Assembly: GCA_020184695.1 (NCBI GenBank)
Contig: JAANOX010000259.1
Location: 1-64,000, forward strand
Length of the DNA stretch: 64,000 bases
Direction: 5' to 3'
Source of the DNA: Histomonas meleagridis 2922-C6/04-290x
Taxonomy: Eukaryota; Protista; Parabasalia
Made by a program: the position numbers and the translations under genes. The notes below the pieces were generated by a model, which was given only the letters and a program-made list of their open reading frames with translations, was not told where the DNA came from and made no database searches. Position 1 is the stretch's first letter. Each line of letters starts with the position of its first letter. This document shows positions 23,268-35,129 of this stretch, piece by piece.

Positions 23268-24074
23268 CTAAACGAAAAGACCATCCAAAACAAGTCCGTC
23301 ATATCCAATTGTAACAGTTGTATCTTTTAACTTAGGTCTCTTTGCAATTTCATCCTTTACTATTGCTTCCAACTCCATGTGTGAACATTGATGGCTAATG
23401 TGGATTATAAAGGCTCTTTTGATTCCGCCAATTTTTTCTATTTCATCAAGTGTTTGATATATACTCATATGGCTATGATGTGGAATGCTTCCAATTGCAT
23501 TAATGAATAGCGTATCAATTCCTTTTAGAAGCTCATACGATTCTTCAGGAATTTTACTGCAATCGGTGATGTAAGCAAAAGAATTAAAGCGATAGCCAAC
23601 AATGTCGATAGCACCATGAATAATTGGAACTGCTGTTACTTTGATATCCAAACAATCAAATGTCCCTTTGATGGGTTCCAATTCGAGAGTGGGTTTCCCG
23701 CCACCAATTTGGGAGCTTTGAGTAAAAATATAAGAAAAACATTGTCTTATCTCATCTATAAATTCTTGGGTTGAGTACATTGGAATTTTTTTGGTTCGGG
23801 AATATGAACGAAGATCATCAATTCCAAAAACATGATCTGCATGAACATGTGTAATCAAAACAGCATCAATTGACATAATGTTATAATTTACAGCTTGGTC
23901 ATGAAGTTCTGGTGAGCAATCAATCAAAATAGATTTATCATTAAATTTAATAAATGCACTTGTTCTTGACCTTTTGTCTCTTGGATCTGTAGAACGACAC
24001 CTTTCGCAATCACACCCAACTTGGGGAACACCATTACTTGATCCTGTTCCAAGTAATTCGAGTGTTGCTTCCAT
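23268..24074 (-). CDS. Metallo-beta-lactamase-fold hydrolase, PhnP-like
   Basis: LGTGSSNGVPQVGCDCERC...RSRTS...LIDC...THVHADHVFGIDDLR...AYITD...HSH...HISH...YDG. Confidence 0.9.
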   Translation of the reverse strand: MEATLELLGTGSSNGVPQVGCDCERCRSTDPRDKRSRTSAFIKFNDKSILIDCSPELHDQAVNYNIMSIDAVLITHVHADHVFGIDDLRSYSRTKKIPMYSTQEFIDEIRQCFSYIFTQSSQIGGGKPTLELEPIKGTFDCLDIKVTAVPIIHGAIDIVGYRFNSFAYITDCSKIPEESYELLKGIDTLFINAIGSIPHHSHMSIYQTLDEIEKIGGIKRAFIIHISHQCSHMELEAIVKDEIAKRPKLKDTTVTIGYDGLVLDGLFV

Positions 24075-24170
24075 TGAACAATAATCGAACAAACGTAGTC
24101 AATATAAACGGCTGTATAAACATCACATTTTTATTTAAATACTTTACATCAAAAATGAATTTTTTATTTT

Positions 24171-25184
24171 TTACAAATATTTTGTTAATTCACGATTTGC
24201 TTTAAATTGTTGTGAACAATATTTCATTCCTACAAGGAACAAAATCGGTGATATGCAAATAATCACGAATTTTTGTGCTGATAATAAAGAGTCGAATCCG
24301 CAAATAATCGAAAAAATATGAACTGGAATAGCGAACCTATGCATATCACTTGACTTAATGCATGACAAAAATAATGTGTATAAGAAACAAAACACTGAAA
24401 TAGGAATAGAGCGATATAACAAAATTGCTGAGCCAAGTAACGAAGGGAAAAATACGCCGTGCAACGAATGTAGAACTCTAAGATTCTGAATTTTGGTGCT
24501 TAAGTCATTGAAGAAATGATAAGGCTTCCATCTAAATTCGGCACCTATTAAATCGTTGAGACTTTTATGGCGATATCTAATTATAATGAGTGTGATGATT
24601 CCGATTATGGCAACAATTGACGCGTCTTTGATATTCCTGGATAAAAGATAACATATAATACACGTAAGATGAAGAATAAGAAATTCTATTCTGATGAATG
24701 AGCCAATAAATAATGTGATAAAAAGAGGTATTTTGGCATCTATCTTGTAAAAGATTAAAGAAAGAAGAATAAGACTAAGAAAAACTATGTCATAAGAGCC
24801 TAAACTTTTGAAAAGCAAAAATCGAACTGGAAAAACGCAAAATAATAATGTGGAAAAGATTTTGTTTTCGCATATGTGATATACTACCAAAAGGCGTCTG
24901 AATAAAAAAGCTGAAAAAAATGACAAAAAGCAAATGTATGATGTTTTTGAAAAAAAATTTGAAAACCCATGCCCCCAAAAGATTAGCTTGTGTAAGCGGA
25001 TAAAATAAATAGACCAAACGCATATTGTAATAATAATCGAAAATGAACCAACAATTAGATCATCTTTACACAAGCGAAAAAATTGTAACAAATTTTCTTT
25101 TTTTGGGAATGCAGTTGTTAAATCAATTTTTGGTCTTGCTTCTTCCTCTGTTCTTTGGTTTTCGATGTGATGTCTTGATTTCAT
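24171..25184 (-). CDS. Multi-pass membrane protein, possibly GT-C glycosyltransferase-like
   Basis: About nine hydrophobic segments and a FIRIE motif. The family assignment is weak. Confidence 0.55.
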   Translation of the reverse strand: MKSRHHIENQRTEEEARPKIDLTTAFPKKENLLQFFRLCKDDLIVGSFSIIITICVWSIYFIRLHKLIFWGHGFSNFFSKTSYICFLSFFSAFLFRRLLVVYHICENKIFSTLLFCVFPVRFLLFKSLGSYDIVFLSLILLSLIFYKIDAKIPLFITLFIGSFIRIEFLILHLTCIICYLLSRNIKDASIVAIIGIITLIIIRYRHKSLNDLIGAEFRWKPYHFFNDLSTKIQNLRVLHSLHGVFFPSLLGSAILLYRSIPISVFCFLYTLFLSCIKSSDMHRFAIPVHIFSIICGFDSLLSAQKFVIICISPILFLVGMKYCSQQFKANRELTKYL

Positions 25185-25621
25185 TTGGCTTGAACGATCG
25201 TTTCCCACACAAACATAAACGTCTTTTCCTAATTCAATTGGATTTTTGTATTGTCTCTATTCTCAAAAATTCCATAAAAACATCATTAACAAAACCTTAT
25301 TTCAATATTACATCTATCCTGAAAACCTATTTTTTTCATGTAAAAGTATTTGACATATAATTTCAAAAAAAATAATTGCAAATCAAACGCAAATCTATTT
25401 TTGAAAATTAAAGTGAGTGGCTCTTTCGCAAATAAAGTATAAAGCTATGTGTTTTTATTTATTCTATTAATTTTTCAAGATAACCAAATTGATATGCAAG
25501 TAAACACATCCAAACACAGAGATGCACAATCAAAAATTTTAATCGAAATTATGATGCTACAAAATAATTCAAATATATAAATTTTATCCATCTATACCTT
25601 TTGTGCCAAAAAAGTGAAACT

Positions 25622-27251
25622 TTATATATTAACAAAATTGTCTTCCCTAAAATCAACAGAAAAAGGGTCTTCTTCTAAAGAACTTGTTTATGTACCATTA
25701 AAATGTCCATCAATCTCCAAATTATTTTGTACAATTTCTTCATTTGACACGAGTTCTGAAATCGTTCCTTTTTTATTATGGTTACGAATAACAAAAACAA
25801 CAATAAATATGATGATAATGATCACTACTATAGTAGTGTTATAACACATACTACAATTATTATTAGAGTTATCGGAATAATATTATTTTCATTTATTTCC
25901 TTTTGTTTTTAAAAACAGTGAAATAATTTGAATAAAATTCGAACCAATAAAAGTAAGTAAATATGGATTTAATGAATATGAATTATTAATACTAAATGTT
26001 ATTGATATTGTTATTGAATGAGTTAATATAAAAGAATGAGAAGAAGTTGTTTCTATTTGTGTTGTGAGAGTATCGAATTTAGTTAATGATTTTGTTTCAG
26101 CAAACATAATTGACCCAGTAAACGAATTTGATTTAGTAAATGAATTTGTATTGGAGAAGGTATTTGATTTAGTAAATGAATTTGATTTAGGAAATAAATT
26201 TGATTTAGTAAATGTATTTGATTTTGTAAATGTATTAAACATTGGTATGCATTCAGCAATTATATCTTTGGCAATATTTAATTCACCAAATGTATCATCT
26301 AGATACGCATCTGTTACCATAACTGATTATGCCACAACCCCATAAAATGCATTAACACCTATGGTTGCTTTTCTCCATAAAAATAAATACATTTAAGGGA
26401 AGTGCACCGATAAAATGCACATGCATCGATTGAATTAACATTTTCCCAATAAAAACAGTTTCAACTGCTGAACACATTTCAAATCCATGTATCTCAATGG
26501 AAGTGATTGGAAGTGGAATAGTAAATGTTATTGATAAATCTCCACTTGGATGGCTAATTAGTTTTGTGAAGTCTTTATCATACAAAGTGCCATCATTATC
26601 AAAATTTGCATAATATGAATTTTCTTTGGATACATTGATAAATAGAAGATTTGGACATCCAGCGAATGGATTTGATCTAATTGTTGTGACAGAACTTGGA
26701 ATATTCACATTTCTTAGATTTGCACTTTGTTGGAAAGTATAATCACCAAGTGTTATCAAGCCTTCTTCGATAATAACAGTTTTAAGTTTATTACATCCAC
26801 AAAAAGCACTTTGTCCAATAGTTTTAATAGAACCTGGAATTGTAATATTTACAAATCCACAATTATTAAATGAATTATACGATAATGATTCTAAATTTTG
26901 TCCAAACTCAACTTTTTCCAATTTAGAACATGACTGAAATGCATATGATAATATTCTTATAACTGAATTACCAATTTTCGCTGTTGATAATAAGGGCCAT
27001 TGAGAAAATGCATTTTCTATTATTTCCTCTAAGTCAGAAATTATAACGTTCTCAGTTACATCCTTATATTCATCAATATAATAATTTTTTAAAAAACTTT
27101 TAAACTCTATATGATATAATGAAATTATTATTATTAGAGTAATAAATATAATTTTCTGTAAATGTAAATCATAATTATTTGCATCATTAATAAACATATG
27201 TTCATTACACTTTGAACGAAAAAACAGTGTATTAGCATGGAGTAATACCAA
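25622..27251 (-). pseudogene. BspA-like (LRR_5) surface protein pseudogene
   Basis: TpLRR repeats (IPGSIKTIGQSAFCGCNKL, IPSSVTTI...FAGCPNL), TKSNxF stalk repeats, TM remnant and an EEDPFSVDFRE tail, broken by stops and frameshifts. Further degenerate coding-like sequence extends to ~27900. Confidence 0.8.
26119..26240 (-). repeat. 18-bp coding tandem repeat (TKSNxF hexapeptide)
   Basis: AAATGAATTTGATTTAGT-like units, about 7 copies. Confidence 0.85.
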
Positions 27252-28004
27252 TATTATTTGAAAAAACCCAATGTTAATATTGCAAAATCCGTGTTTTTTA
27301 TTTTGGCCATTTCGACCGAAACACAGCTGTGTGGGGATACACTTGAATCAATTTCCAACAATACACAAAAAATTAACTGAAACCAATTCTACAGTTTGCT
27401 CACACCCAGTTGGTTTTGAATGCATACAGGTACCTGCCACGCCCAAAAACAGATCTCAATTCTCCTGATAATACAATAGATGGGTATTTCCCCAAACGTA
27501 GGAAAATTATCATGACAAACGATATCTATTAAAATGTGGAACCAGACCATTTCACCAAGAACCACTCGATGAAAGAATTGCAACGCTAAACCTTAACGGA
27601 TTAAACATACCACATGTTAATTATCATTTTGAGGATTTATCGATTGTGAAAAGCTTCCATTTCGTGTTTGTGAATGTTTCTATGCAAACAGAATACATTA
27701 CGGAAAGCGATGCTGTTTAAAACATCTTAAACTCAAGAGGATGTTTCAATGTATCAATTCTTTATTGCAATGAAGGAAAAGTTCCAAATGTGCATTGTTA
27801 ATTGATTAAATGCTTATGTTTGATTTTCGTATTGCCAATGAAGACAAAACCAAAACTTCTGCTTCATTCGAAATGTTGTAACACTTGAATACATTGAATT
27901 GCGACTATTTTCGAAAATGGTAATTCGCTTTGGTATAAAACATTAAATTTACGATGGATTTTGTAAACATTTTACTAATAGACATTATAAACAAATAAAA
28001 TTAG

Positions 28005-30530
28005 TTAAAAAGCGAAGCAATTTCCTTTGCCACCCAATTTCCTACGAATGAATAATTTAACGATTTTTTTGTGACCTTTTTCAGAAGCAATCATAAGAGC
28101 TGTTTGAAATAATTGAAATAATTTCCAAAGATTTTTATAAAATATTAAAATAAAATATTAAATATTAAATCAAACAAATAAATATCTTTAGCATTAATAT
28201 CAATTCCTTCTTGTTCAAGAAGTAATTTAACTATTTCTACATGACCATTTTTAGCTGCTTTCATCAATTAATTACAAAATACTTAAGACAATTTCAATAT
28301 TTTATTTAGAAATATCAATTTTTTAAAACAAAACCAAAATAATTCAATTAAAGACTATCTTTATCATTGATATTGATATCTTTTTGTTCAAGGAGTAATT
28401 TAACTATTTCTGGGAAGCCGTATTTAGATGCAAATATAAGTGCGGTTGTAAACATTGTAAATAATTTCCTAATATTATTTTGAAATATCAAATTATTAAA
28501 AAGTTTTCTAAACAAATAAAATAAATACAGTCTTTAGCATTAATGTCAATTCCTTTTTTTTCAAGTAGTAATTTTGCAATTTCTGTGTTACCATTTGAAG
28601 ATACTTTCATAAGTGCTGTATGAAAATATATAAACAATTTCCAAATTAAATTTTGATATAAAAAATTATGATAATAAGTTTTAAATAATATAAATTATCA
28701 TCTTTAGTATTAATATCAATTCCTTCTTGTTCAAGAAGTAATTTAACTATTTTTGTACGACCATTCCAAGATGCTATTATAAGTGCTGTTACAAATAATT
28801 TAAATAATTTCCAAATATTATTTTGAAATATTAAATTATTAAAATAAATTTTAAATAAAACAAATAAATATTTTTAGCATTAATATCAATTCCTTCTTGT
28901 TCAAGAAGTAGTTTAACTATTTCTGTATAACCTTTTTCAGATGCCCACATAAGTGCTGTTCTAAATAATTTAAATTATTTCCAAATATTATTTTGAATTT
29001 CCAAATTATTAAAATAAATTTTAACTAAAACAAATAAATAGTTTTAGCATTAATATCAATTCCTTCTTGTTCAAGAAGTAATTTAACTATTTCTGTACGA
29101 CCATTATTAGATGCTCTAATAAGTGCTGTTCTAAATAATTTAAATAATTTCCAAATATTATTTTGAAATAAAAATTTATTAAAATAAATTTTAAATAAAA
29201 CAAATAAATAGTTTTAGCATTAATATCGATTCCTTCTTGTTCGAGAAGTAATTTAACTATTTCTATATGACCATTTGCAGATGCTAACGCAAGAGAAGAA
29301 TTAAGCATTATATATTACTTCCAAATATTATTTTCTTATATAAAACCACAAAAATAAATTTTAAATAAAACACATTTATATCATTAACATTGACATTAAA
29401 TTCATATTTTTCGAATATATATTTAACAAGTTCAATATTCCCTGATTTAGAAGCAGCAACAAAGATATTTTTTGTAATTTTATTACAGTAGAGAAATTTT
29501 TTAACAAGATATAAGTTCCCAACTCTTGCTGATTCAATAATCAGTGATTCGTTAATTTTCGAATGTTCTAACAAATATGAAAGAATTTCAAAATTTCCAC
29601 TGTTAATACAAGATGATAATAAATCATTCTTTTTATGGCTAAATTTATTATCAATCTCTCTAAATTTTTTTCATAAATATATTTAAAGATATCATTCCGA
29701 TGATATTCAATTGCTGCTATATATGCTCCAAAAAAATTTGAATGATTTTGTTCACATAAATGAATGATTTCTTCAATTCCACCTGCAACTGCATATTGAC
29801 CTGTGAAGTGCACATTTGCACCATTTATAAGCAAATATTTAAAACATCTAATAGATCCAAAGAATGCTGCATAATCAATTAATGTAACATTTTTTTGATT
29901 AATAAATGAACATCTTTCATAAAGTGATGGTTCAATTGTTTGATCAAAATCAAATTTTGTTTGTGATGTTATTTCTTGAAGTTTTTCTACTTCATCTTTT
30001 CGAATTATTTTCGCAATTTCATTTGGATTAACTCCTTCTTTAACATATTGCTTATGAAGTTCCCAATCATTCTTTGATAGTTCTTTATAATGTTTCAAAA
30101 AATTTTCATAAAACTCTTCATGAATATACATTTTACTTTGTGATTTAGTTTTATAATGTGCGAAATATTTCGAATTAATATTATTGGTAATATTTACATT
30201 AACTAAATTTCTTCGGATCATGTTGTTAATTAAGTAATAAGCTTCTTGAGATTTAATATTAGAAATATATTTTGCAAAAATTTCAATGATTTTGAGATTA
30301 TTTTTATTCATTTCTTCTTCCTTTGTTTGAACTAATTTTAAATAATCAAAATATATATCAATTGATTGAAAATGTGAGAGAAATGCTGAATAAATTAAAT
30401 TACTTATGACAAAATTAAATGAACAAGGGAAACTTGAATCAAATAATTCTATAGTTTGTTGTGCTTTTTCATTAATATTTTTTTCATTGATACCAAATAT
30501 TTTTTGCTCCAATTCATGCAGTAATTCCAT
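28005..30530 (-). CDS. DUF3447-type + ankyrin-repeat gene (locus A) with 8 intron-like spacers; also a 1-nt frameshift in a T7 at ~29668 and one TAA at 28268-28270
   Basis: N-terminal ORF 29568-30530 with LIDYAAFFGSIRCFKYL, then 170-nt period [29 protein letters not shown] units. May be a pseudogene. Confidence 0.75.
28104..29379 (-). repeat. ~170-bp tandem array (ankyrin coding unit + 80/83-nt AT-rich spacer)
   Basis: GCATTAATATCRATTCCTTCTTGTTC recurs at 28877, 29047 and 29217 (period 170). Spacers at 29300-29379, 29130-29209, 28960-29039, 28790-28869, 28620-28699, 28447-28529, 28274-28356, 28104-28183. Confidence 0.9.
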
Positions 30531-30842
30531 ACCTGAATTCTTATGTTTTTTTAAAAGTGATTAATCAATTGAATTAACGTATGCCAAAAGCACTTTTATA
30601 ATTAAACGATAGAATATATTCAAAAGTGGCAATCATTTTTTAAAAACAATTCAACATACAAGACATCTAAAATAAGATTTATATGTACTTCTTAAAATGG
30701 TTACTTATGCTTGATTAAATAGGTCCTTGAATTAGTGAAGTTTGTTAATTAAATAAAATGTTTTTATATGTAAAATGAAAAAATGTGCGAAGTCTTTAAA
30801 CCAAAATTTTTTATAGTTAAAACTTTCTTAGGATTTAATTTT

Positions 30843-31469
30843 TTAGTTAAAAGTTGTGATTCCACCTTCTCCTGGTTCAGCTGTGCAAGCGAGTGTCATA
30901 GCGCACGCGAGTAAAATCATTTCGAAGACCACCAAAATTATCACAGCGATTTGTAAAGATTTAAAGTTTTCATTAATTGCATCCTTAAGTGCTTGATAAC
31001 AAGGGTCTGTATTTTGAGTCCTATTAATAAATCCACATGGAACTGTCATATTATTAATCAAGAACCCGCAACATTTAAATTCTTTTTCAAACTTATTAGT
31101 TGCATCAACAAATTTCGGTTTTCCCCAATTCTCTTGAATTTGACTAATAATATTATCAGGATATAAGAAAGCAAAAACAGAAACAATTATTTCTAGAATA
31201 ATTACCAATAAAATTAAACATAAATAAGTAATCTTCCAACATTTGTTATTACAACATAATAAAAATAAACCAATGATTGAAACTACAATAGCAAATGCTG
31301 CGACAACAACAAGAAAAATAAATGGAACATTTTTTTGTATGAGCTTAATCCATTCTTTTATATTAACTTGTTTATATAGAACAACTGCACATGTGCCTGC
31401 AGCAACAAGTATGGCAAGATTGGAAACAATGATGATAATTTTGGAGAATTTTGCACAGTAATTCGCCAT
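30843..31469 (-). CDS. Tetraspanin
   Basis: Four TM segments with a CCG motif (EFKCCGF) and further Cys in the large loop. Confidence 0.92.
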   Translation of the reverse strand: MANYCAKFSKIIIIVSNLAILVAAGTCAVVLYKQVNIKEWIKLIQKNVPFIFLVVVAAFAIVVSIIGLFLLCCNNKCWKITYLCLILLVIILEIIVSVFAFLYPDNIISQIQENWGKPKFVDATNKFEKEFKCCGFLINNMTVPCGFINRTQNTDPCYQALKDAINENFKSLQIAVIILVVFEMILLACAMTLACTAEPGEGGITTFN

Positions 31470-32094
31470 AAAATAAATGTGATTTTGGATTTTATTAATA
31501 AAAAACGATAAAAACTTCTGGTTTAATGTTTTTGAGTTATTTTCTATAGTTATGGCTCATCTAATATTGTTCAAAAATGATTTAAGAAAGAAAACGAAAA
31601 ATTATTAGTTCAATATTAAGATTTGTTTCATGAAATGGTCATTGGGAAAAAGTTATCTACTTTTGGATATAAAGACGATGCGCTTAAAAACCATCCGAAA
31701 CCCTAAATCTGCATACAGCATTTAAAAAAAAAAAACTTTTTGTTAAAGAAGTTGAAGTAATTTATGAAAACCTAATATTTGGCTTAATCAATTATAAATA
31801 ATTTTCATTTAATTACATATGTCATTCACATATTTCAATAAATTTAGCGAAATGAAACATCATAAATCATAATCTTTTATATTTTTGTTGGTTCCTTTTA
31901 ATCGCAAAAACAGTTTTAATTATAAATGAAAGTCACATCACATATCATTCCTGAATTTGAATTGAATTTGAGAAAGTCAGGTAGAGCACCGGTTGCTATC
32001 AAAAAGTACGTTTAATAATTCATTTGAATACGACTTTTTCAAAACAAAATATCGATTTAAGCATTGAATTCATTAACGTTTATTAATCAAAACA

Positions 32095-33414
32095 ATGGTT
32101 TGCGGATATCTTAAGAGTCAGACAGGAATACTTAAAGTTTGGAAGAAGCTTTATTATAAGCTTGATGAAGACATTCTTCGAGAGTATACTGAAGAAAATG
32201 GCCGAGAGATATCGAACTTTGATTTGAAAAATTGCCAAATTCAACAAAATGAAGGCTCAAAAATTCAGTACAGTTTCTCCCTGAAGACGGACAAAAAAGT
32301 CGTTACGTTTAAAGCTGATAATGAAGACAGTTGGAAAATATGGTATAATTCAATCAAAAAAGTTATTGATGGACAACTCTTCCAAAGTAAGCAAAAGAGG
32401 AAAAAAGTATCCCTTAACGATTTTACTATGATTCGTGTCATTGGCAAAGGTCAATATGGGAAAGTCACATTAGTTCGATATGAAGAAAATGGGCAACTTT
32501 ACGCCCTAAAGTCAATGCACAAGTCGAAGATAGCAAAAGACAATTACATCCAACAAATAATGAGCGAACGCGAAATCCTTTTAAATAATCAACATCCATT
32601 TCTCGTATCTGCGCATTTCACATTCCAAACCAAAACGAACGTGTTCATTGTCCTCGACTATGTTCCCGGAGGAGAACTTCTCAACAGACTAAGGATCGAA
32701 GGAAGGTTTTCAGAAAGAAGAACGCAATTATATGCTGCAGAAATTTTGCTCGGAATCGAGCATTTACATAACCACGGAATAATATACAGGGACCTAAAGC
32801 CAGAAAACATACTCGTTGACGCAGATGGCCATTTGAAAATCACAGATTTCGGATTTGCAAAAAACATCGAAAATGATGAAAATAACTCAACAAAAACGTT
32901 TTGTGGTACCTTAGGGTATTTAGCTCCTGAAGTTATTCGACAGAAGCCATATACGAAATCAGTTGATTGGTGGGCATTTGGAATTATCTTATACGAAATG
33001 CTTTGCGGTCATTCACCGTTCGAATCGTGTAACCAAAGCGAGCTAATGAACATGATTTTGTTTTCGCCAATTGACTTTCCATCATATTTGTCAAGTACAT
33101 CTATTGATCTTATCCAGAAACTTCTCAATAGAGACAACAAAAAAAGAATTGGATCAGGTCCGACTGACGCTGAGGAAATAAAACAGCACCCGTTCTTTAA
33201 GGGATTGAATTGGGAAAATGTCCTCGAAAAGAAAACGAGGCCCCAATGGGTCCCATCTATCGTCGACTCTTTTGACACTTCGAACTTTGATTGCAAGTTC
33301 ACTAGTGAATGCACTGGAATATCGGCTGACGATACAACGTCAATTTCACCCGGCGCACAGGAGTCGTTTCTTAACTTTACTTATGATGAACAAGACTCAT
33401 CGATTATAGAATAG
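32095..33414 (+). CDS. PH domain + AGC family Ser/Thr kinase (Akt/PKB-like)
   Basis: PH N-terminus; GKGQYGKV, YRDLKPEN, DFG, TFCGT, APE; tail FLNFTY. Confidence 0.95.
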   Translation: MVCGYLKSQTGILKVWKKLYYKLDEDILREYTEENGREISNFDLKNCQIQQNEGSKIQYSFSLKTDKKVVTFKADNEDSWKIWYNSIKKVIDGQLFQSKQKRKKVSLNDFTMIRVIGKGQYGKVTLVRYEENGQLYALKSMHKSKIAKDNYIQQIMSEREILLNNQHPFLVSAHFTFQTKTNVFIVLDYVPGGELLNRLRIEGRFSERRTQLYAAEILLGIEHLHNHGIIYRDLKPENILVDADGHLKITDFGFAKNIENDENNSTKTFCGTLGYLAPEVIRQKPYTKSVDWWAFGIILYEMLCGHSPFESCNQSELMNMILFSPIDFPSYLSSTSIDLIQKLLNRDNKKRIGSGPTDAEEIKQHPFFKGLNWENVLEKKTRPQWVPSIVDSFDTSNFDCKFTSECTGISADDTTSISPGAQESFLNFTYDEQDSSIIE

Positions 33415-34032
33415 AATAGAAGTAAATAAAACACTTTCGAATTTAATTTCTTTTTTGAAACAAATTTGTTTGCAGTTTTTTGACTATTCATTTTTTTCTA
33501 TAAAAAAATTTTTCTCTCATAAAAACAAAAGTAAAAATTTATGTTGTTAAATGTACTTATGATTACTGATTTTGTTTTTGTTTCTTTCATTCAAATATTT
33601 AATGTGTAATTTGATTTATATCCATAAACTTGTGTTTGCCGCTTGTCAACATGTAAAAATGAATGGTTTATATCCAATGAAAATGAAATTCAAATTTCTT
33701 TTCCCATTCCACAAATTCTACAATTTAAAACAATAAACTATCGAATAAATCGATAACCAAAGTCTCATTACAAAATAAACACAAAACTGAATTAGGAATT
33801 CAACAATTACTAAATAAAAAACTGAGTAATAATTTCATGCAAACTCAATAAAATAACAACTACACACAGTAAATCACATTACAATTCTAAGTTACAATGG
33901 AAAATTGTCTATAAATTGGGAAATTGCATTCGGAGACATTTGACAAAAATTTGAACGCAGTCAAAAATTGAGCGAATTGAATGCATCGTTTGTGTGGCTG
34001 TTGTTTCGGAAACCGTTTTCTTCATATTGTAC

Positions 34033-34932
34033 ATGAAGCTCGAGCACCTTAAATTCATATTTGCCGCAATTATTTTGGTTACAACCATTCTTGGGAACAT
34101 TGGCCCATTATTTATCACAACCATCAGATGGACGTCTCGATTGGAGTCATTAGCAGGCGGAATATTTCTTGGAGCTGGTTTAGCACATCTTTTGGCAGAG
34201 TCAACTGAAGAGCTCGAGAAGGTACCGAACCTTTCGTATCCACTTGGCCCGGCACTTGCATTAGCATTTTTCGTAATTCTCACACTCGTCGAATTATTCT
34301 CATATTCTGAGCACGACGCAGATGCATTTGGCGAGCATCAGCATGACGACAACAACCAGTACGATGCCATCGCAAGCTCAGCTCTTATTTCAATAAATGA
34401 TCAGCCAATCGATCAGCCACCGCAACACAAAGTGAAAATGATCGAGTTCGGTACTACTAATAAGTTCATGACAGCTGCCACGATCTCGTTGTACGTCATT
34501 ATGGATATCCATTCAGTCATCGAAGGTATTGCACTCGGAATTTTACCTAAGCTTTCACACACCATCGCTATCTTCTGCGCTATCGTCGGCCATAAGCCTG
34601 TTGAAGCATTCGCACTTTCATTGATCATCGTACGCGGAAGACCAACAAAGGTTTTGTTTTGGATAATGATAATGATTTACGCCGTCTTGTCGCCAATCGG
34701 AATTATAGTTGCAATTTACCTCGGAGAAATCAGTAGCTCACTCGCGCTCGGAATTATCGAAGCGTTTTCAGCTGGAACATTTTTGTTCGTCGGCTGCCAT
34801 GAATGGTCTGAAATGTTCGAGCATAAACACGAGTGGAAAGTGTCAGAGAAGTTGTGGCATTTCGGAATGTTTACATTTGGTGTAGTTTGGATGTTACTCA
34901 TTGCTATCATTGAATCATTCACTGAGGATTAA
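34033..34932 (+). CDS. ZIP (Zrt/Irt) zinc transporter
   Basis: AGGIFLGAGLAHLL, DIHSVIEGIALG, GHKPVEAF and SAGTFLFV motifs; eight TM segments. Confidence 0.93.
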   Translation: MKLEHLKFIFAAIILVTTILGNIGPLFITTIRWTSRLESLAGGIFLGAGLAHLLAESTEELEKVPNLSYPLGPALALAFFVILTLVELFSYSEHDADAFGEHQHDDNNQYDAIASSALISINDQPIDQPPQHKVKMIEFGTTNKFMTAATISLYVIMDIHSVIEGIALGILPKLSHTIAIFCAIVGHKPVEAFALSLIIVRGRPTKVLFWIMIMIYAVLSPIGIIVAIYLGEISSSLALGIIEAFSAGTFLFVGCHEWSEMFEHKHEWKVSEKLWHFGMFTFGVVWMLLIAIIESFTED

Positions 34933-35129
34933 ATATAATGAATTAAAACATTTAAATTCAATCATTTCAATACTACGATAGCGGATATTTCAGATAAAAA
35001 CATTGAAATGTCTTTTGAATTTTCTATCGTCTGCGGGCACCCGAACTTTACAAAAAGTGCCTTTTCTGAGAGCCCATAAATCATCGGCATATTCTTTTCA
35101 GTTATTTAACCGTTTTCTCGTATCGTCAA

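Noticed and set aside
29130-29209. -1 ribosomal frameshifting at the in-frame U_UUA_AAA heptamer in many spacers
   Set aside because: It would work for some spacers, but others have stops in the -1 frame downstream (29300-29379, 28960-29039, 45819-45898, 45649-45728) or lack the heptamer. It cannot be the general mechanism.
28104-29379. CRISPR array interpretation of the 170-bp periodic repeats
   Set aside because: The conserved parts encode ankyrin helices, the period is far too long, there are no cas genes, and the host is eukaryotic.
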